Below are positions 25,597 through 32,000 of a stretch of 32,000 nucleotides of DNA, piece by piece. The stretch spans positions 150,001 through 182,000 of the forward strand of contig JAJRVL010000004.1 in the NCBI GenBank assembly GCA_024277355.1, written 5' to 3'. The position numbers and the translations under genes are program-made. Positions within the stretch are counted from its first letter, which is position 1. Each line of letters begins with the position of its first letter. Under the pieces are notes generated by a model. It did not search any database. It was not told the DNA's origin and saw nothing but the letters and a program-made list of their open reading frames with translations. The DNA comes from an archaeon. GTDB lineage: Archaea; Iainarchaeota; Iainarchaeia; Iainarchaeales; 1-14-0-10-31-34.

Positions 25597-26802
25597 ATGC
25601 CTGAAGTATCCAATAGAACAAAAAATTTAGGAACAGAAAATGCTTTTGTTGTGTTAGCTGAAGTAAACAAAAAAAAAGCTTTAGGAGAAAACATAATTAG
25701 TTTTTGTATTGGACAACCAGATTTTGATACTCCTGAAACAATTAAAAATGCTGCAAAAAAAGCAATTGACTCAGGAAAATCAGGTTATACTTCTTCCTGC
25801 GGAATACTTGAATTAAGAAAAGCAATAGCAGAATCTGAAGGCAAATTAAGAGGCATTGAAATTAACCCTGAAAGTGTTGTTGTTGATTCAGGAGCAAAAT
25901 CATTTATTACTCATACAATAATGACTACAACAGATTTTGGTAAAGGACATGAAGTAATGTATCCTAATCCCGGTTACCCCATTTACCATGCACAAGCAAC
26001 AGTTAATGGCGCAGTTCCTGTTCCTTACAATATTCTTGAATCAAAAAACTTTAATTTTGATTTAAATGAATTTGAAAAAAGAGTTTCAGATAAAACAAAA
26101 TTAATTATAATTAATTCTCCTCAAAACCCTACTGGAGGAGTATTAACAAAAGAATCATTAAAAGGAATAGCAGACATTGCAATAGACAAAGATTTATGGG
26201 TTTATTCAGATGAAATTTACTCTAATATTTTATTTGAAGGAAAATTTGAAAGTATTGCTTCAATTAAAGGAATGCAGGAAAGAACAATTATTGCAACAGG
26301 CGTCTCAAAAACTTTTGCTATGACCGGCTGGAGAATAGGTTATGCAATAAATGAAAAACTAGCTGAACATTTTACGACTTGGGTTACAAATATTAATGCC
26401 TGTGCATGTCATTCAAATCAATATGGTGCAATTGCAGCTTTAACTGAAAAAAACGCAAAAAATGATGCAGATAAAATGACTGAATCATTCAAAAAAAGAA
26501 GAGACATAATAGTGGAAAAATTAAATGAAATTCCGGGATTTAACTGCTTAAAGCCTTTAGGAACATTTTATGCTTATCCAAATGTAACTAAAGCATGTGA
26601 AATAACCGGAATAAAAGACTCAGAAGAATTAAGAAAAAAATTATTAAATGAAGCAAAAGTTGCAGTACTTTCAGATATTCATTTTGGGGAAAGAATCAAA
26701 ACAGAAGGAGAACATTTAAGGTTTTCTTTTGCTACATCAGAAGAAAACATAATTAAAGGAACTCAAGCAATAAAAGAATTCATGGAAAAAAATTTAAAAT
26801 AA
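25597..26802 (+). CDS. Class I/II pyridoxal-phosphate aminotransferase (aspartate aminotransferase-like)
   Basis: ISFCIGQPDFDTPETIKNAAKKAIDSGKSGYTSSCGILELRKAIAE, NPGYPIYHA, IIINSPQNPTGGVL, YSDEIYSNILFEG, GVSKTFAMTGWRIGY, RFSFATSEENI. Confidence 0.94.
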   Translation: MPEVSNRTKNLGTENAFVVLAEVNKKKALGENIISFCIGQPDFDTPETIKNAAKKAIDSGKSGYTSSCGILELRKAIAESEGKLRGIEINPESVVVDSGAKSFITHTIMTTTDFGKGHEVMYPNPGYPIYHAQATVNGAVPVPYNILESKNFNFDLNEFEKRVSDKTKLIIINSPQNPTGGVLTKESLKGIADIAIDKDLWVYSDEIYSNILFEGKFESIASIKGMQERTIIATGVSKTFAMTGWRIGYAINEKLAEHFTTWVTNINACACHSNQYGAIAALTEKNAKNDADKMTESFKKRRDIIVEKLNEIPGFNCLKPLGTFYAYPNVTKACEITGIKDSEELRKKLLNEAKVAVLSDIHFGERIKTEGEHLRFSFATSEENIIKGTQAIKEFMEKNLK

Positions 26803-26804
26803 AT

Positions 26805-28115
26805 TTAAGGAGAAACAGTATTTCCATCTATTATTGTAAGATTTAAGTCAAGATTCTGGCTTTGCTGATTTTCTTTAACATCAATTTCAATTACATTTGA
26901 TTCCTGTTCTAATTTTTCTATGGCTATTACAGTTCCAGTGCAGTCAGATAACACTGAATAATCTAATCCGTTTAAAGTATAATTAATTGTTAATTGTTCT
27001 TTTACTTTTCCTGAAAATTCTCCCATTAAATTAAATACAGTCATTTTTCCTGAAGCAATTGTCTGAGGACAAGCATTACAAGTTAAATCAGAAGACCCAG
27101 TAAAACCAGTTAATTCAATTGAGGAATCAGAATTATTTTTTACATGCAGAATTAAGTATTTTGGTTCAGGTTCAAAATAAGTTATTTCAATAGGACTGTC
27201 AGCAGAAGTAATGCAAAAATCTTCTTTAAACGAATTAATTTCATTTATTTGATTAACTGGATTTACTCCAAGCAAAAAAGCTTTCATACAGCCATCCATT
27301 AATTCAAACAATTTAAACTGCAAGTCAAGTATTTCTTTTTGGTCTTTAGTTTTAACTTCGTCAAAGCCTCCTTTAGTTGCTTTAACTGAATTATTTTTTA
27401 AATTAACTTCAAATACTACTGTGTCTTTTTGTGCAGTAATAGAACCTGAACCAGAATTTCCGCCGGCATAACTGCAGTCTCCTGAAGGCACAATAGAATA
27501 TTTAACTTCAAACAATCCATTTCCTTTATCTGAAATTTCTTTTTGGAAATCAACAACACAATTTTTTGTTTTATTAATCTGCATTTGCAAAGCATTTAAC
27601 TGGGTTTTATTTAAATTAAAATCATAAGTTTTATTGCTGACTCCATAAGGCATTTGTGAAGCTAACTCCTGACTTTTTTTTGAAATTTCAACTAATTTTT
27701 CTGCGTTACATAAATAAGAGTCATTAAAGTTTTTTTCAAATATTTTAAAGAGTTTTCCTTCATTTGTTGATTCAATTAAAGCAAAAACTTTTTTATTTAC
27801 ACTTGATTCATTAAATTCTAATTCAACTTCTTTTGAAAAACTATTTTTTTCAGCTGAAATTTCAATTAAAACTTTTGAGTCATTTAAACTGCATTTAAGA
27901 AGAATATCATTAGTTCCTTGCTTTAAAACAAAATTTTTTTTACACGAATCAACTTAATCAGAAACTTTCAGTAAAGCAGTAGTGCTTTTATTTGAATAAA
28001 CATTAATTTTAATGTTTTCATCTGAAATTTCAGCAGATTTAATTGTAATCTGAGGCTGAAGCAGACAACCGGAAAACAAAATTAATAATAAAGAAAAAAA
28101 GACAAACTTTTTCAT
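26805..28115 (-). pseudogene. Lipoprotein gene interrupted by an in-frame TAA; the track shows only the downstream 282 aa
   Basis: Minus translation from ATG 28115: MKKFVFFSLLLILFSGCLLQPQITIKSAEISDENIKINVYSNKSTTALLKVSD*VDSCKKNFVLKQGTNDILLKCSLNDSKVLIEISAEKNSFSKEVELEFN...ELASQMPYGVSNKTYD, continuous with the track ORF at 27653. Stop at 27954-27956. Confidence 0.75.
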
Positions 28116-28168
28116 AAAATTAAAAGTGTTAAAACTATTATTTAAACCTTTAGGAAAACAAAAGTTTT

Positions 28169-28732
28169 ATGGAATTAATTTTTGTTACAGGAAATAAACA
28201 TAAAGTAGAAGAAATCAATAAAATTTTAGGAAAAAAAATTAAAATAAAACAAAAAAAACTTGAAATAAAATAACCAAAATTAAATTCAGTTAAAGAAATT
28301 GCAGTTATTAAAGCAGTTCAGGCATTTAAAAAAACAAAAAAACCTTTAATTGTTGAAGATACAGGAATTTATTTTACTGCATTAAAAAATTTTCCTGGAA
28401 CAGAACCAAAAAGACAATATCTAAAACTTGATTTTGATGGACTATTAAAAAAACTTAAAGGAAAAAAAAGAAATGCTTTTTTTGAAACAGTAATCTGTTT
28501 TACTGACGGAAAAAAAACAAAAACTTTTACAGGAAAAATGTATGGAAAAATAACAAAAAAAGTTTATTTAGAAAAAAAAGATGTTTTAGCTTACGAAAAA
28601 ATCTTTGTTCCAAAAGGAAAGAAAAAAGTTTTAGCGTTTTTTTCAAGAAAAAACAAAAATAAATTTTCTCACAGAGCAAAAGCAACTGAAAAACTAAAAA
28701 AGTTTTTAAAGAAAATTAATTACTGGATTTAA
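28169..28732 (+). pseudogene. Degenerate HAM1/RdgB-family non-canonical purine NTP pyrophosphatase with one in-frame TAA
   Basis: MELIFVTGNKHKVEEINKILGKKIKIKQKKLEIK*PKLNSVKEIAVIKAVQAFKKTKKPLIVEDTGIYFTALKNFPGTEPKRQYL...EKIFVPKGKKKVLAFFSRKNKNKFSHRAKATEKLKKFL. Stop at 28271-28273, one frame throughout. Confidence 0.8.
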
Positions 28733-29713
28733 AATTAAATAACTTAAAGCTCCGATGAAAGCTGTAACAGGAATAGTTAAAATCCATGCCCAAATAATGT
28801 TTCTTGCAATTCCCCATCTAACCGCAGAAAGCCTTTTAGTTAAACCAACACCTATAATTGAACCAGAAATTACATGAGTTGTACTTACAGGAATTCCAAA
28901 TAAACTGCTTCCAATGACTACTCCTGCTCCTGCAGTTTCAGCACAAAAACCATTAATCGGCCTTAATTTAGTGATTTTAGTTCCCATTGTTTTAACTACT
29001 TTCCAGCCTCCTGCAATTGTTCCTAAAGCAATAGTAGTGTGTGAAATAATTATAACCCACCAGGGAATATCAAATTGAGTTCCAAGAAAACCACCTGAAA
29101 AAAGCATTAAAGAAATAATTCCCATTGTTTTTTGTGCGTCATTTGTTCCATGCCCTAAAGAATAAACTGAAACAGAAATTAATTGCAATTTTTTAAACCA
29201 GTTATTAATTTTTCCCGGCGGCTGATTTTTAACTAACCTTGAAACCAGAGAAGAAAAAAGAAAAGAACCAATTGCTCCTAAAAACGGAGCAACAAAAATA
29301 AACGCAAAAACAGGAAGAATTCCTGACAAAATCAATGAATTAAATCCAGCTCCAATTAAAGCTGAACCAAGAAAACCGCCAATTAAAGCATGAGAAGCAG
29401 AAACTGGCAGACCAATATACGAAGAAAAATAAACCCATGCAATTGAACCAATTAAACCGGCTAAAACAATCGTTACAGTTACAGCTTCTAAATTAACTAA
29501 ACCTTTTCCGATTGTTTTAGCTACAGCAACAGAAAAAACAAAAGCTGCAATAAAATTAAAAAAAGCAGAAAGCAATACAGCCATTCTTAAAGACAAAACT
29601 CTTGTAGCAACAATAGTTGAAATTGCATTAGCTGCATCATTTAATCCATTTCCAAAATCAAAAACTAAAGCTAAAATTATTCCAATTACAACCAGCAAAA
29701 AAGGGTCAAGCAT
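28706..29713 (-). CDS. PiT-family inorganic phosphate transporter
   Basis: DFGNGLNDAANAISTIVATR, LPVSASHALIGGFLGSAL, LGHGTNDAQKTMGIIS, VGSSLFGIPVSTTHVISGSIIGVG. Confidence 0.95.
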   Translation of the reverse strand: MLDPFLLVVIGIILALVFDFGNGLNDAANAISTIVATRVLSLRMAVLLSAFFNFIAAFVFSVAVAKTIGKGLVNLEAVTVTIVLAGLIGSIAWVYFSSYIGLPVSASHALIGGFLGSALIGAGFNSLILSGILPVFAFIFVAPFLGAIGSFLFSSLVSRLVKNQPPGKINNWFKKLQLISVSVYSLGHGTNDAQKTMGIISLMLFSGGFLGTQFDIPWWVIIISHTTIALGTIAGGWKVVKTMGTKITKLRPINGFCAETAGAGVVIGSSLFGIPVSTTHVISGSIIGVGLTKRLSAVRWGIARNIIWAWILTIPVTAFIGALSYLILNPVINFL

Positions 29714-30347
29714 GTTTTACCACAATGCCTTCAATTAAAATTGCAACATCCTGTGATTTATCAGTTAAACTTTCGGCTCTTTCATATAAGTCTTTAAATT
29801 TAATTATTTTAACTGCATTTTTTTCTTTTTTAAACAAATTAGTTATGGCATCATAAAAAATTTTGTCTCCTTCATCTTCTAAGTCATGAATTTTTCTTAA
29901 ATGAGGATTAATTAAGTTAGGTTTCTTCATTAAAGAAACTGCTTTATTAACTTCCATTAAAGCCTGCAAAGATACAGCACATAAATCAAAAAAATTTTCA
30001 GGAATAGCTTTTATTTCATACTGCAAAAGTTTAGTTGCAATTTCATCCATTAAATCAACTAAATCATCCATTAAATGAGTTATTCCATGAATATCTTCTC
30101 TGTCAAGAGGAGTAATAAAACTTTTATGCAGTAAAGCAACAATTTCATGAGTTAAATGGTCTGCTTCCTGTTCAATTTTAACTATTTCTTTTACTTTCTT
30201 TTTTCTTTGAATTAAAGTTAATTTATTATAGTCCTTTAAAAGTTTTCCAAACAAACTTCCGGTTTTACAAACCATTTCAGACTGCTTTTTAAGTAAATCA
30301 AAAAAAACATCTTCCTGAGGCATAAAAAATTTAATTACTCTTTTCAT
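29706..30347 (-). CDS. DUF47 PhoU-like regulator/partner of PiT
   Basis: MPQEDVFFDLLKKQSEMV, EQEADHLTHEIVALLHKSFITPLDREDIHGITHLMDDLVDLMDEIA, LEDEGDKIFYDAI. Internal ATG 30347 preferred. Confidence 0.93.
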   Translation of the reverse strand: MKRVIKFFMPQEDVFFDLLKKQSEMVCKTGSLFGKLLKDYNKLTLIQRKKKVKEIVKIEQEADHLTHEIVALLHKSFITPLDREDIHGITHLMDDLVDLMDEIATKLLQYEIKAIPENFFDLCAVSLQALMEVNKAVSLMKKPNLINPHLRKIHDLEDEGDKIFYDAITNLFKKEKNAVKIIKFKDLYERAESLTDKSQDVAILIEGIVVKHA

Positions 30348-30437
30348 GCTAAAGTTCGGTGAAACAAAATTTATAAACCATGTAGTAAAAAACAAAGCAT
30401 ATAATAAAAATAACTGCCTTAAACAATGATTTAAGCT

Positions 30438-30521
30438 GCACGAGTAGGAAAGCGGTCAAATCCGCAGGGTTTAGGACCCTGTCTCTTAGTGAGTTCGCAG
30501 GTTCGAATCCTGCCTCGTGCA
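30438..30521 (+). tRNA. tRNA-Leu (anticodon TAG)
   Basis: Acceptor GCACGAG/CTCGTGC; anticodon arm CAGGG-TTTAGGA-CCCTG; long variable arm; T arm GCAGG-TTCGAAT-CCTGC; discriminator A, no CCA. Confidence 0.95.
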
Positions 30522-30591
30522 TTCGCGATTCCGCTCGCGAGTGACGGTGCAAGACATTCGCTTACGCTCAGTCTAGCTGCTTCGCAAAAAA

Positions 30592-31398
30592 ATGATTACT
30601 ATGATTGGAGTCGATTTAGGTTTAAGTTCATTTAAAGCAGTTCAAATAGAAAACAAAAAAATTAAAGAAAAAAAAAGAGTTTTTTTAAACGAAAAAGACA
30701 GCATTGAAAAACAAATTCAAAAATTTTTTTCTAATTCTTTTTTTTCTGAAGAAAAAATTGCTTTAACTGGAGCTTACACAAAAAAAGCAAAAAATATTCT
30801 TGAAAAAGAATTTAGTTTAGTTAATGAAATTAATTCAATTGGAAAAGGAAGTTCCTTTTTATCAAAAGAAAAAAACTTTCTGGCAGTTTCTGCAGGAAGC
30901 GGGACAGCTTTTATTTCATTTAAAAACAATAAAGCAGTACATGTAGGCGGAACTGCAATAGGCGGAAAAACAATTACAGGCTTAAATGAATTAATTATAA
31001 AAGAAAAAGAATTCAGTAAACTTGAAAAAAATGCATTAAAAGGAAATTACATTAAAACAGATTTAATGCTTTCAGATGTTTATCCAAAAGGAATTGGTTT
31101 ACTGAAAAATAATGTTTGTGTTTCTCATTTTGGTAAAATTAATTCAAAGAAAAAAACAGATTTAAGTGCAGGAATATTTAATTTAGTTTTACAGGGAATT
31201 TCAATTAATGCATTGTTTGCAGCAAAAGCTTTTAATCACAAAAAAATAGTTTTTTCAGGTTCATTATCTGAAACAAAATTATTCAAAAAAACATTTAATG
31301 AATGCAGAAAAATATTTAATTTAGCTGAACCAGTTTTTTTAAGCAACGCAGGGTTTGCTTCAGCTGTAGGAGCAGTATTAATTGCAGAAAAAAAATAA
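30592..31398 (+). CDS. coaW: Type II pantothenate kinase-like (CoaW family)
   Basis: MIGVDLGLSSFKAVQIE, FLAVSAGSGTAFISFKNNKAVHVGGTAIGGKTITGLNELI, DLMLSDVYPKG...VCVSHFGKI, LSAGIFNLVLQGISINALFAAKAF, IVFSGSLSETKLFKKTF, NAGFASAVGAVLI. Confidence 0.8.
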   Translation: MITMIGVDLGLSSFKAVQIENKKIKEKKRVFLNEKDSIEKQIQKFFSNSFFSEEKIALTGAYTKKAKNILEKEFSLVNEINSIGKGSSFLSKEKNFLAVSAGSGTAFISFKNNKAVHVGGTAIGGKTITGLNELIIKEKEFSKLEKNALKGNYIKTDLMLSDVYPKGIGLLKNNVCVSHFGKINSKKKTDLSAGIFNLVLQGISINALFAAKAFNHKKIVFSGSLSETKLFKKTFNECRKIFNLAEPVFLSNAGFASAVGAVLIAEKK

Positions 31399-31411
31399 AA
31401 CAGTTTTTGAT

Positions 31412-31434
31412 AAAACTTTTTTTGAAAAAGTTTT
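31412..31434. terminator. Hairpin between the CoaW-like gene and tRNA-Val
   Basis: AAAACTTTTT-TTG-AAAAAGTTTT perfect 10-bp arms. Confidence 0.35.
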
Positions 31435-31435
31435 T

Positions 31436-31508
31436 AGGAGAATGGTCTAGTGGCTATGACATCGCCCTCACACGGCGAAGATCGGGAGTTCAAATCTCCC
31501 TTCTCCTA
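31436..31508 (+). tRNA. tRNA-Val (anticodon CAC)
   Basis: Acceptor AGGAGAA/TTCTCCT; anticodon arm TCGCC-CTCACAC-GGCGA; T arm GGGAG-TTCAAAT-CTCCC; discriminator A, no CCA. Confidence 0.95.
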
Positions 31509-31516
31509 TTATTAAT

Positions 31517-32000
31517 TCACGAATTTTTTATCAGTAAAATTTTTCCTTTAAAGCCGTTGTTTTTTATTTCAGATAAAATTGAAGTCATCTGCCATAAATA
31601 AAGAGTTCTTTCTTCAATTACAATTTCAGTGTAATCTTTATAGACAGTTGATTCAATTACTTTTGATGCAAGAAATTCATTCCTTAAATGTTTTTCCGGA
31701 TTAAATTCTTCGTCAAAAAATAAAATTCTGTAAGAATTAATTTTTCTTAAAGGAGTTGCTTCTTCAACATACAAATAGGAATCAGAATTAAATTTTTCTT
31801 GAAGTATTTTTTCTAATTCGCCTGTCCTGAAATTTCTTTCAGGAGAAATCAAAGCATAATAACTCCACCCTGCTTTATCTGACTTAATTATTTTCCCAAA
31901 TTTTTCAACTTCAAAATCAATTTTTTCTTTTTCAAGTAATTCAGGCAGACCATAAACAAATAATCCTGCTCCTGAATCCTTCTGCTGGAAACTATAAATA
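31517..32000 (-). CDS. Hypothetical protein, truncated at the right window edge; the track start at 31852 is artificial
   Basis: Frame open to base 32000: YSFQQKDSGAGLFVYGLPELLEKEKIDFEVEKFGKIIKSDKAGWSYYALISPERNFRTGELEKILQEKF...GKILLIKNS. Confidence 0.75.
   Translation of the reverse strand, partial: IYSFQQKDSGAGLFVYGLPELLEKEKIDFEVEKFGKIIKSDKAGWSYYALISPERNFRTGELEKILQEKFNSDSYLYVEEATPLRKINSYRILFFDEEFNPEKHLRNEFLASKVIESTVYKDYTEIVIEERTLYLWQMTSILSEIKNNGFKGKILLIKNS

Noticed and set aside
27954-28273. Recoding by selenocysteine or pyrrolysine at the in-frame stops
   Set aside because: Both stops are TAA, not TGA or TAG, and TAA is used as a normal stop by many genes here.
30349-30552. Minus-strand ORF MHRHRAESRMHEAGFEPANSLRDRV...
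   Set aside because: It is antisense to tRNA-Leu; MHEAGFEPANSL-like peptides are a common tRNA translation artefact.
31407-31601. Plus-strand ORF containing SSGYDIALTRRRSGVQISLL
   Set aside because: It reads through tRNA-Val and is not a real protein.
1-32000. CRISPR array, cas genes, transposases, integrases or phage genes
   Set aside because: No regularly spaced repeat array and no recognisable protein of these families; poly-A/T and AAT-rich repeats reflect base composition.

Overview
This 32 kb window is an AT-rich, densely packed stretch of archaeal chromosome, probably from a DPANN-like lineage. Archaeal markers are a TYW1-type wyosine radical-SAM enzyme, an archaeal (MJ1184-type) riboflavin synthase, a CDKAL1-like tRNA methylthiotransferase, TATA-like boxes about 21-25 nt upstream of likely leaderless starts, and two tRNAs without encoded CCA. 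Recognisable modules: a CysD-like gene beside an alkaline-phosphatase/sulfatase-fold enzyme; a ThyX-like protein beside a DHFR/RibD_C-like protein; DUF1858 plus complete IspH; an oxidative-stress cluster (PerR-like, AhpC, SOD, desulforedoxin-like); a mosaic riboflavin set (RibD, RibBA, RibH, archaeal RibC); a MacB-like ABC exporter with two permeases and a CARDB/COG1361-type surface protein; two toxin-antitoxin-like pairs (wHTH/RelE, wHTH-MNT/HEPN); ATP-type PEPCK; an aminotransferase; PiT plus PhoU-like DUF47; type II pantothenate kinase; tRNA-Leu(TAG) and tRNA-Val(CAC). I found no CRISPR array, transposase or convincing new defence system. The most useful second-look items are: two adjacent genes each interrupted by an in-frame TAA (about 27.95 and 28.27 kb), a three-copy intergenic element containing CGACAAA..CGA, a 139-bp identical tract shared by the tandem ABC permeases, palindromes in three promoter regions, bacterial-type metabolic genes (ispH, coaW-like, ribBA/ribD) in archaeal context, and a GC-rich spacer after tRNA-Leu. 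Both window edges cut open genes that the ORF track misses or truncates.
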